Source: Paraspadella gotoi (Eukaryota > Animalia > Chaetognatha). From it: a stretch of 64,000 bases of DNA. A program made the position numbers and the translations under genes. The DNA is taken from NCBI GenBank assembly GCA_051294375.1, contig CM119271.1, positions 13,073,039 through 13,137,038 of the forward strand. Reading direction: 5' to 3'. How positions within the stretch are numbered: position 1 is the stretch's first letter; each line of letters begins with the position of its first letter. The notes beneath the pieces were generated by a model. That model ran no database searches. It saw only the letters and a program-made list of their open reading frames with translations, and was not told the origin of the DNA. Below, piece after piece: positions 35,601 through 47,606 of this stretch.

Positions 35601-38600
35601 TAAGGCGCTAAGTGGACTGAAGACTACTATCCGCATCTTCTGTTTCCCCTCAGCAGCCATGGAACGGGTCCCTGGCTTGGAACCAGGCTTGGGGGTTTTC
35701 CACGCCCCAAAGGCGGTTTACGNNNNNNNNNNNNNNNNNNNNNNNNNNNNNNNNNNNNNNNNNNNNNNNNNNNNNNNNNNNNNNNNNNNNNNNNNNNNNN
35801 NNNNNNNNNNNNNNNNNNNNNNCGTATTATACCAATAATCGATGCAAATTATTTAGCACTTATTGAACCCACAAACTAACAGGATCATTTATCAATGTTA
35901 AAAACAATAATATACACTCTTAAAGGAAATGGAACAGAATCTTCCGAAGTATAAATTCAATAATTACGATAATGCAAATATGATTAGTCGTACATTGGAA
36001 AAAGTCTTATTTAAAACTGATTCAAAAACATATTTGCACTGGATAATACGTATGCGTAACATATCGAGTTTTAGGTCACGCAAATACAGCAAAACCGTAC
36101 GATATCTCCCGACTCATATGGCCTGCATACTTCTCTGTTTAAAAACAATAACAAAGGTAAAGTTACTTTCTTATTCTCGCAATTCTTTGATTTTTTCATT
36201 GTACCACTTCATCTTTGGCCTCATTTCGGACAGCAGGGCATTTCTGAGGAAAAGGAATGATTCATAGTGAATGATTTTATTTTTTGTGATTGTGATGAAT
36301 GATCTTTCCTTTTCTTTTCCTCCTTCCTTTCCTTTTCCTTCCTTCCTTCCTTTCCTTTCCTTTCCTCTCCTTTCCTTTCCTTTCCTCTTTTTTCTTTCCC
36401 AATCACCCCTTTCTCCCTTCTTCATGCCACCCCACCCAAAAGCAGACGAGGGCCCGCCGCAGCACGATGCTCGAGAGTCGAATCCCGATCGAAAGACACG
36501 AATTCCACGCAAAGGAGCGACATCGACTCCATCCTCCGCTCCGCCGTAGCTGCCGCCGCTACTGCGCGCTCACTGTACGGCGCCGCTTCCCCCGCTTGAT
36601 GCTGCCTGCCGCCGAAGCGAATTCCCCATTCCAGCGGTTCAGCTGCCGCAACCGACGCAGCAAGCCGAAGGACGCCGAAGAGTGGCCCGCCAAGGTGGCG
36701 GCTGGCTCCTGCTGCCGGCGGGCGCGAGCGGGCTCTTCCGCGGCGGGGACAGGGGCGGCGCGGCCGGCGCAGTGTTGTTCATTATCGCCGCCGCGCGGAG
36801 GACGTCGACTCCTCGGAATTGTTCCACTCACCAACGAGGATTTCTTCGCTCGCTCTTGTCCACCCGATCTTGAGTTGTTCTCCCTTCTCAGGCCCAGTTG
36901 ATGCGTTTCCTGGGCGCGGCATGACGGTGAGGAGAGAAGGAGTGAAGAAGTGAAGGGATTGGGGCTTAAGTCGGTCTGTCTGTCTATGGTCTGTCTGTCT
37001 GTCGTCTCTTTTTGCTGTCAATCTCTCCTGGCGTCGCGTTAGCTTAGTGGCTTTTAGTTTATGTTTTAATCGTATTGTTGTCCTCATCTTCTCGTCTCAG
37101 CAGTCCTTGTCTGTCTTGTCTGTCGTGATTGTGTATATGATCTTTAAATCCTCTTTATCTCATTATCTACTTCTTTTGACTGTCATTTAAGTAATGTTAG
37201 TAAATCGTATTTGTCAATCTTCTGCTGTTTCTTTCATTCCTTGAGACTCGTTGTCCAGTACTTTGTAGTCCAATCCTCTCCGACTGTCCGGCCGACTTTT
37301 CCACCTCATTTTGTCGATGCTCCACGATCTCTACATCCTCACGTCATCTCACATCGTCACGTCATCTCACGTCCTCAGTCATGCCACATTCATCACGTCC
37401 ACGTCACTCGCACACTCACGTCATCTCACCATTCACGTCCTCACGTCATCTCACATCTCACCGTATCTCCACATCTTCACGTCATCTCACGTCATCCTCC
37501 ACGTCATTCTCACCATCTCAACGGCTCACGTCATCTCACATCTCACCCGTTCATCTCACGTACTCACGTTCATCTCACATTCTCACGTCACTCTACATCT
37601 CACGTCATCTTGCGACATTCTCACGTCTCACGTCCTCTCACATCTGCACGTCTCACCGTCATCTCACATGCTCACATCCTCACGTCTCACGTCATCTCAC
37701 GTCTCACGTCCATCTCACGTTTCTCACATCCTCACTGTCTCACTTCATCTCACATCTCACTCACTCTCACATCATTCACGTCTCACGTCATCTCACATTC
37801 GCTCACTTAAATTTCCCAAAGCATCACGAATCCGCCGCCGGCGCCCGCCGCCGCCTTCCCTGACCCACAACTCCCCGTGAGGGCGAATGTCTGGGGTCCT
37901 CGCCGCTCTGTCGTTATCCGTCAATGGCGGACCGCAGCTGACGGCTCGGCTGATAGCGGACAGTCAAAGATGAAGAAAGAGAGGGAGAGAGGTAGAGATG
38001 AGAGAGGAGCCGAGAGGGGAGAGAGACCAGTCATCCTTCACTCGACACCAATTTTCGCTTCGTTCAATGTCATCTCCTTCGTGCGATCCAACTTTTCTTG
38101 GTCAACCCATCCAACTCGACCGAATCAAATTTCTCCGCAGGCCGATATCGATGATGCATCTGGTAGAAGACCTGGGTCTGCCCCTCCCCAGGCATCAGGC
38201 GCTGCCTCGCGCCTGTTGGCGGAGAAGGGGTGGAGGATAGGCCAGTCTGACCGGGTCCCCCACAGGATGCGGGCATGCAGATAGTATCTCGGAGCCGGAT
38301 GGGGGAGAGCGTCAATGCGGGCGGTGGAAGAGGACGGTGAATGGGGAGAGAGTATACGGCAAGCAGACGACAATGACGATGACGCATTAAAAATTCACGA
38401 GAACGAATATGTTCGAGTTTTTAATCTCATTTACATATTGTTCTAGTTAGATTATTTCTCGTTATATTTTTTTGATTAGATTTTCTGAAGAGTCAACGAC
38501 GACGCATGACGACGAAGACCAATTACGAAAAGATAATTACGAAGACAAGAACAATGACACCCGCACAAAGAACAGGACGATGAAAAAAAAGATGACAAGA

Positions 38601-41115
38601 GAATGTCAACGACGCCTTTAAAACAACGGCATCTCTCGTCTTCCAGCTCCAACTGATCACCTTCCGTCAGCTCCACTTGGACTTCAGCGCTATCCGTCGT
38701 AGCAAATCACCCTGGTCGCATCTTTCCGTAATCGTCCGTCACGCACGTGACCCTGAAGAGGAGGAATCAATCAATCAATCAATTAATCGATCATCAATCA
38801 TAAGTACATTTATCTATCTTCTCAATCAATAAAAAGGTTTCAAAGCATCATGAAATTAGGTCAAATCAACAAATCAAGTCAAATTCAAGATGCTATCAAA
38901 TCGACTCCAATCAATCAACAAAAACAGTCTTCAAATAAGGCAATCAAATTCAAAATCAAATCAATCAATACTCTAGCCGAAACTTCCGAGTGGTCGAAGA
39001 GCTTGTCCCGTTCGTAAGAGTCAAAGAGACCAAATTTGCTTTGGAGTTCGCATTTGAATTTTACATACTCGCGCTGATTCCTTCCGCAGTTGGACAATCA
39101 CCCTCGTTCAGAAGACATCAGATATTTTATATTGATAATCTTAGACATTACACAACTTAATAGAACATAGAAGATCTATTTTACTTTTATTTAATATTTC
39201 TCGTTCCTTTTCATCTCCCCTTCATTTCCAACTCTCTCTTTCTCTCTCTCTCTCCTCCTCTCTCTCTCTCTCTCGTCTCTCTTCTCTCTCTCTCCTCTCT
39301 CTCTCTCTCCTCTCTCTCTCTCTCACTTCTCCTCTCCCACCTGCGGGGCATCCATTCATGATATTTGAATCGCAAGGACCGCATCGCTCGCGGAAGATTG
39401 GGTTCCCCAGTCGGAGAGTTCGCACATGCAGGATTTTCTCGTCGCAGGGATGTAGTTCGGGGCAGCCAGGTTTGCTCGGGATAGGTCCAGTGAATGTGCA
39501 GGCGGGCACAGGTTGATCCTGCGTTGGAGGGAACGAGAGAAGTGTGACAAGAGGAATAAATACATATTCAAAATAAAAACTCCCTTCCTAAAACGTCAAT
39601 GACGGTTTGACACAGTGTACAACACCTCTTTTACTCCCTCGCCACAGCGACTTACCCTTGGCTTTCTCCCGCTTCGCACTTCTTTGCATTTTTCTTGTCT
39701 GCAACCGCAAGGAGAATGACAGACTCTCTGCATTGCTCGCAATCGTAGGCGGGACAGGCAGACTGTAAGGGCAAAACGGTGGGAAGTTAACTTTAAATCT
39801 CTCTTTTCTCTCTCTCTCTCTCTCCTCTTTCTCTCTCTCTCCTCTTGCTCTCTTTCTCTCTCTCTCCCCCCACCCAGACTGCTCCGGCAATCGGGTCCAT
39901 GCAATACAAACTGCCACAAGCGGCGCACTTGAACTTCTCCCAGGGTCAGGCTCTTTGGTCTAGTCCGCATTGCCTCCCGGTCGGTGTGCGTGCACGAGCA
40001 TCACGGATCAAGTCGCAACGGATCACCTCCGGACAGGAGGCTTTGCTTAGATAGTAGCCGCGACAACGTATTAAACAATTACCAATCCGTAATGATGAGA
40101 ATAACATTTAAATTCCTCAAAAACCACTAAGTTAATAAATCATTTAATCTATACATTTATTCATATTTTTAATTCCTCCTCCTCCTCCTCCTTTCCCCCT
40201 CACCCTTCATTCGCAAATGTTGAGTCGTCAGCCTTTACTCTCCTCCGGTTCTGGCGGTTTTTTTCAAAAGGACTTTTGGCTTTGCCAGAACCATTCTGGC
40301 GGCAACGGTCCCACTTCATCTTTCTCCAACTTAACGAGCACGGAAGGGCAGAACAGACGGTCGGGTCAGGTCAGTAGCCGTACGTTTTCCTCTCTATTCT
40401 CAGCATCTGCCCAGGTTCAACCCTCCTCAAGACAATCGTTCTCTAATCTCTATGCTTGTTACACGTCGCTTTAATTAATAAGGCAATCAATAATGCCCAT
40501 TTCGCTACTGGGTTTAATCCACAACTATGTCAACACAGCCCAACTGGAAATGTGCGGCCATCCAGGGATCGAAACCCGGCGCTCGTTCCTCCGAAACATC
40601 GGACTGTCATTCCTGCGGCCAACAGGCGGCCCATGAAAACTGTCAACTTAAATGTCATCAAATAATTAACAAAAGAAGAAGCTTTTGTTGTTCAAATCAT
40701 AAATATCCTCAACACAAAGTGCTCTCTTTATATTATTCCTTTTGTTATTTTGATTTCTTGCCTTTATTGATGGTTAACTGAAGGTTTTTAGTCTTGTCTT
40801 GAATCTTGATGAAGATTACATGTTTTTACCAATTGATTACTCCCTTGTTTTGACTCATCTTCAATGTAGTTAAATACATTAAAAATTGATAAGTAAATTA
40901 CAACAATATTCAAAGTCTAATGCCTCACCTTCATAAACCTCCTCACAGCCATTAAACCGTCTTTAATGGCCTTAGCGACCCCTAATCCCAAGCCTGGTTC
41001 CAAGCTCTAAGCACTCGGCATTCCTGCTCTCTCCTTCACCCCCCGCCACTTTATCTCTCTCACCTCAGCCCAAGCTTTTTGCTGCACGCTTTGCAATCAT
41101 CTCTCTCTCTCCTCC

Positions 41116-41156
<41 letters not shown>

Positions 41157-41520
41157 CATCTCCTCTCTCTCTCTCTCTAACCTCAGCCCAAGCTTTCTGC
41201 TGCGTCCGTCTTTGCATTCGCGGAAGGGGCATTTTCCGCCGGTTTTTTCTCTTAGGATTATTTCTTCATCACGTCTTTGTAGGTTCGGATACCGAAGTTC
41301 GCAGTCCATCGTCTTGTGTCGTTGCTCTTGTTAGGTATGCGAGCCGCTTGACGCGCTTCGAACCTGTCTGCAACGGCCAAAAAAAAAAGGGAACGCGGTT
41401 TGGGGGAAGCAAGCGTTTGCGACGGAAGGGGTGTTGGAACAGCAATGGTACCAAGCAGAGAGAAGTTACGCAAACTCAACAGAAATGAAACTAACATTGC
41501 ATAAATAAAAAAAGAGTTTG

Positions 41521-41563
<43 letters not shown>

Positions 41564-43336
41564 TCTCTCGTCTCTCTCTCTCTCTCTCCTTCTCTCGTCT
41601 CCTCCCCTCCTCCCCCCCAAACTCACTCTTGTATCTCTTGTTCGGATCGATCATCTTGATAATTCGAAAGGCGCCCTCTATCGGACACAACGGTCGACAC
41701 GCGGCAGAGTCTCGGGCGGTGGATCGGCGGCAGGCAGAGCAGACCTGCTCCGGATAATCCCGACGATGGTCGCAGGGACCCTTGGAAGACGCGAGAGAAT
41801 GCGGAAGATCGTCCTCCTCTCTATAACCCTCGGCCAAGAGTTCGTAATCTTTTCGTCTGTTCGTCTCTTTCACTTCCAAGTCCTTCTCCTTTTCCTTCAT
41901 CTCTTATCGACTATCTTCACGCTCGATCGCCGCCTTTCCACGCGCCGCCGTCATTTCTTCGTCTGTCGAACTTCTCTGTACTCCATTGTACTTGGCGCAC
42001 CTTTCCAACGCCTCCCGCTCTTCGGTACGGGTACGGTCTCTCACGTCTTCTTCCGAGGAGCAGGGATCTTTTTAAGGGAGGAGTCGTACTGAATATAGGA
42101 ATAGAATTCACCTCAAATCTTTTGCACTAGTTAGTAGTAAATATTCGCAGCCACGCTTTAATAGCTTGTTGTTGATAATATTTGATTTCGTATCGGAAAC
42201 CGTTTTAAAGTTTCTAGGGTTTGTTAGTCTAATACAATTTTTTTTTAGTAGAGTACTGATGAGCCTGAATATAGCCTTTTATTTTTTGAAAAAACAAAGC
42301 TTCATCAATATCCTCAATAATCTCTACAAAAAACTATTTCCCTTTTTCCCTCTTAAATCTGCAAAAATGAACCAAGTCTGTTCCAATCTCGATTGAATTA
42401 AATTCGATTCTTTCGATAATGTTTATGTTTCGATTAATAGTTATGTTTTATGATAATGAACCCCCGTGAATTGAATATCGAACCCCCTATTAAGACCAGC
42501 CTACCTTCTCAAAACCCCCCACTCCCTTTAGATCGACTCACATCCGCTAGTCCACTCTCGTACTCTTCCAACGGATGCGCTCGATCCTTATCAACCATTC
42601 ATCTCAGCGCATTCGACGTCGTCTCTCCCTTTCTTCGCCACATTCCATCCCGTCAATCTCTGGAGGAGGAGGAGGAGGAGGAGAGGATGGAAGAGGACGA
42701 GACATTGCTTAAAACATTCATTCTATTCAATGAATTCATAAAACTCAATGCAATCCATCATCCCACCATCCGTCACGTCCCACTCCATCCATTCATCCAT
42801 TCCAATCCATCCCACCCCCTCCATCCATCCATCTATTTCATTACATCAATCCATCATCCATCACATCTATTCATCCATTCCATCTTATCCAGTCTATCCA
42901 TCCATCTATTTCAATCCATACCATCCATCCATCCATCCATCCAATCCATCCATTCGATCCATCATCGCATCCATACATCCATACATTCATCCTCCCTCCA
43001 TCCATCCATCCTAATCCATCCATCCATCCCAATTCACCCATCCATCCATCCATCCACCCATCCATCACATCCATCCATCTCTCTCTCACCGGTTCGTCTC
43101 TATCTCTTCACCCCAGCGTGTTTTCCGCATGCAATCGACACGAGTCAAACTCTTTGTCGGTTCCATCTTCTTGCAAGACACCACGAATCACTTCGATTTA
43201 AGCGGACGAAGGATTTCTTTGCATTTCACCTAAACAAGTCGGGAGGTTAGAGTTGTCGTCGTCGTCGTCTGTCGTCGTAGTTATTTTTGTCATCTCTTGT
43301 TATATCTTGCTCATCTCTCTCTCTCTTCTCTCTCCT

Positions 43337-43388
<52 letters not shown>

Positions 43389-45014
43389 GTCTCTCTCTCT
43401 TGCTCAAAATAATTATTTACTTCGCTTTTTTCTTCCTGTATGACGTTCGTCAATAATAGTATACCATCCTGTCTTCTTTACCAGTGTCATGTTTCCACCC
43501 CGAAACTCACCCAATCCTTCCCCAAAAAGAATCTCACTCCTTACCCCCCCCCCTCACCCCCGAAAACAATCACTTACCTCGCCGTTTGGCAGAACCAACA
43601 CTCGTACTGCGTCTGATCCGGACACCCGTCCCTCTCACGACTTCATCTTAGTCCCCGGGCGGATAGAGGAACTTGAAGTAGCCCGCGACCGCCGGCTTGT
43701 TCGGACAAAAACTTGATCCGCGCACGGACAGATCTTCGGCTCCCGCGGACCGATGTCGCAAAAGTCTGGTTCCCTCCGCTTCCGGACAATCGCTTTGGTA
43801 TGGCCATGCGCGCTGAAGGCCGACGTTGATGTGATTTTTTTTGGTTTGTTGTTGTTGTCGGGTCCGAAAAATATCAACCCTCAAGGATTTGAAAGTTAGC
43901 GTCGTTCGTCGTCGTCGTCGTCGTCTGTCGTTTCGTACAGTCTTTACGTCCGTTTTTGTAATCCTGCGGCGTAATAAATATTATCATCGACTAGAGGGAG
44001 GGCGGGCACGAAAAATGAGATGGAATCGGAATGAACGGTAAAATGGAATCTCGTTTAAGGATAAAAACCTTTTAGAATTCATTTTCTGCTACAAACTTAC
44101 TTTACCGTTTTGATTCGTTTGATCAGAGGAAAAGAGAAAGGACACTTTAAAAAATACTTGTAATAAATGTAACTTAAATACAAATATTAATTAAAATAAA
44201 TGTTAATTTTTTTTAGTTAGAAGGAGGAGATCTACCGCCGTCTCTCTCTATCTCTCTCGCTCTCGCGACGTGGACCCAATTAGCGTGATCGGGGTCTGGT
44301 TCTTCTTTCAGGTTTTTTCTCGCAGCCACTTTGAGCTGCCATCGGTTCTGAATGTGTTGTAATTTTTGTTTTATCATTTATTATTGCTACTATTCTATTA
44401 TTACTATTGTATACTTTCTACTTTTTTTACCTCTTTTTAAAATACATATTGATTATTGATCTATACTTTGACGCCTCACAACGTTTCACATTTACCTTGC
44501 TCCATTCGCAAACGCCCCATTTCTTTGGCGGTGGATTGCAGACTTTCTTCTTGCAGTCATCGTCGCCCGCAAGGACAACCAAGGCGAAGTCGGGCGGCGG
44601 CTTCGTGACGTCGATCACAGCCTCTGATGGAGGGGGGGGGTTGGGGGAGCGTGGTGAAAGGGATAGAAAGGTGAAAGGGGATGGAGTGGATCAAATTTAT
44701 CTATTATTTTTAATTAAAACTATTGACAGCATTATTATTTTATTATTATTATTATCATTATTATTATTATCAATTTTATTATTTTGTGGATAAGGCGCTA
44801 AGTGGGCTGAATACTACTATCCGCATCTTCTGTTTCCCCTCAGCAGCCATGGAACGGGTCCTGGGCTTGGAACCAGGCTTGGGGGTTTTCCACGCCCCCA
44901 AGGCGGTTTACGGCAGTCCTCACGCTTTTCGGTACCTAGTGGTCATGAGCTTTAATCAATGAGCTACCGTGTCACGACTGAAAGGAGTCATGCTTCTAGG
45001 CAATGCCCGACTAC

Positions 45015-45069
<55 letters not shown>

Positions 45070-47575
45070 TTATTATTATTATTATTATCATTAATTATAA
45101 TTATTGGCCTGACCAACGTCGTCGAGATTGGCCTTAGGCTTCAACTTCTTCGGGCAAGAGACGTCATTGCAGGGACACTCAAAGGGCGGAGGTGCGCAGT
45201 CGCCTTGTGGACATGGCGGGCATGACTTGAAGCACCTGGTCAGGGGATGAATGAGGGAAAGGGTAAGGGGAATGGTGAGGGGAAGGGAAGATGAATGAAA
45301 AACAAAAGACGAATCAGGGATCACAAACGAACAAAAAGGACATCATGAAATACTAATAGGCATTGAAATAAAAAAATTAACAAGATCGGTCCATCTAATC
45401 CGTTGCGTCGCAGTGACTTTCTTTTCACGTATATTTTCACAAGAAATCACATGCATTGGAATTACGTCTTTTATTATTTTTAGATTTCCTGAAGGCGGCG
45501 CGAACAGTCACTTAGATTTGAGTTTTTTTCCTGTCTTAACAAATGAGCAACTCTAGGTGAGTTATGAGCATTTGGGGGACAGACCGACGGACTGAAATAC
45601 CGACCGACCGACTGACTTATAGAAAGACTGACCAAGAAGTCCCTAATAAGGTTGAGACTGAGTAAAACAAAAAAAAATAAACAAAAAAATAAACGTTTTA
45701 TAACAAACGAACAAAAAGACTTAAATTTAGACTCATTTTTAGTCCAACCGATTGGCTGCGTTGTTGTTGTCGTTTCCCGCCAAAAATTCCGCGTCGACGT
45801 TGATTCCAGGAACGTCGTTGTTGGCGTTGCTATTGGCGCCCAAGAGTTTCTCTTGGTCGAGAGGAACGCCGGCCAATGAGACGCCCGACGCCGGGGAATT
45901 GCCTTCCGTCGACGCCCCACCGGAGAGGAAGCCGAGGACGGCAGAAACGGCGCCGCCAACGCTGCCTATGACGCCGGGAGTGCCGCGGGTTGGATCGTCG
46001 GGAGATTTATCGCGATTCTGTGGTTGGTTGGGGGGGCGGAGTGGAGTGGAGAGAGAGAGAGAGAGAGTGAGAGAGAGAGAGATGATCGCTCATTTTCATT
46101 TTGATGCAAAACGAAAATTAATTTACATCGTAAAGGGACAATGCTTAAATTGAAATAACCATTGCCTAATTGACTGTTACATGAGATGATTGGCCGAGAA
46201 GAATTATTTCAAAAATAATAAAAACAGAGGTTACATAATGACGTAAAGTGACGTAAAAGACAATGACCTTATGACTAAAATGACCCAAAAAGATATAACG
46301 ACATAAAATGACTTGACACAATGACGTAATGAATAAAGGACCAAACATAACTTAAATGACGTAAATGACACAAATGAAGAAGAAGGGAGAAGGAATTTCT
46401 TCAATAGCTCTTGGGAGCCAATATAAATGTGAAATTCAAGCCAGACAATGCATCACATTCTTTCCAAATAAAATCTCATTCTCGATCCGAGAACACTTCC
46501 ATTTAACTTTGAACAAGAGATATAGGACGTAATTTAAAAAAAAATAATCTACAATTTTTAATTATTCTCGAAATATTTTGTTAAAAGAAATAATAAAACT
46601 ACAGTTTATCACTACTGCATTATGCAAATGAGATTTTATCAATTATTTAACCTGCTTCGCCTCGAACTCCCTCTTCCTCTGCTGCAGCTCCAACTTGACC
46701 ATCCGCGCCCTCGCGTCTTCAGCCTCCGCCACGCCGGAGCTGCGCAGCTTTCGGTGATATTCCTGCGGAGTGTCGTCTGCATTCTCCCACTCGTAGTCGT
46801 CAAGTTTTTGTTTGCTAAAGCGGAGAATAAACAAAATGACTTTATTAGACAATAGATAGGAATTAAGGAAAGAAACAAAGGGGAAAATAAAGTATAATAT
46901 GAGAAAAACAAAGAGACTTTAATGAAAAGGGGGAAAAAAAATAACAAAGTTTGATCGAAATTAAACAAACTTTGCCTCCTCAGTTTAAAAAAAAAAAAAA
47001 TCGAAATTAAACAAAAGTGAACATAAATTTAATTAATTAAATTTCGTATAGCTTTAAATTTTTATATTTTCGATTATATCTTACCTTTTTCCGTCTATTA
47101 TTAACAATTTTTAGTTATTTCATCTTCTCATAATTGTCATTTTTTTTATTTCTCTGCATTGACATTTGATCCTCCAACTCACGCTTTCCGCGCTTTGACG
47201 ATGTTGCTGATGACGGCTTCAGCATCGCGGCTCCGCGCGTCGTTGCTGCTGTTGTTGCGGCATTGATTGGCGCCCTTGAGGCTTTGATCCAGCGCAGGCG
47301 TCGTCCCACGCACCGATTGGTTTCCGCCGTGATTCGTACGGACCGTTGTCGTCTTGCCCTCGCGTTTCTGACGAAGGTGAAGGGGAGTAATGATTGATTG
47401 ATTGATTGGTTGTTTGTTAGTTATAGAGACGGGAATCATCAGTTTGTCAGAGAGAGAGACAGTGAGATAAAGAGAGCGAGAGAGAGCGAGAGAGTGCGAA
47501 AGAGAGAGAAATGGTAAAAAATTCGTTCACCAATTGATAAACTTTAAATTGACTGATCCATCCATCTATTCACCA

Positions 47576-47606
<31 letters not shown>

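Noticed and set aside
35823-44912. Genuine tandem paralogue or pseudogene of the cysteine-rich gene
   Set aside because: Differences are dominated by scattered 1-nt indels in exons and introns alike, and the copy starts at an N gap, as expected for long-read error.
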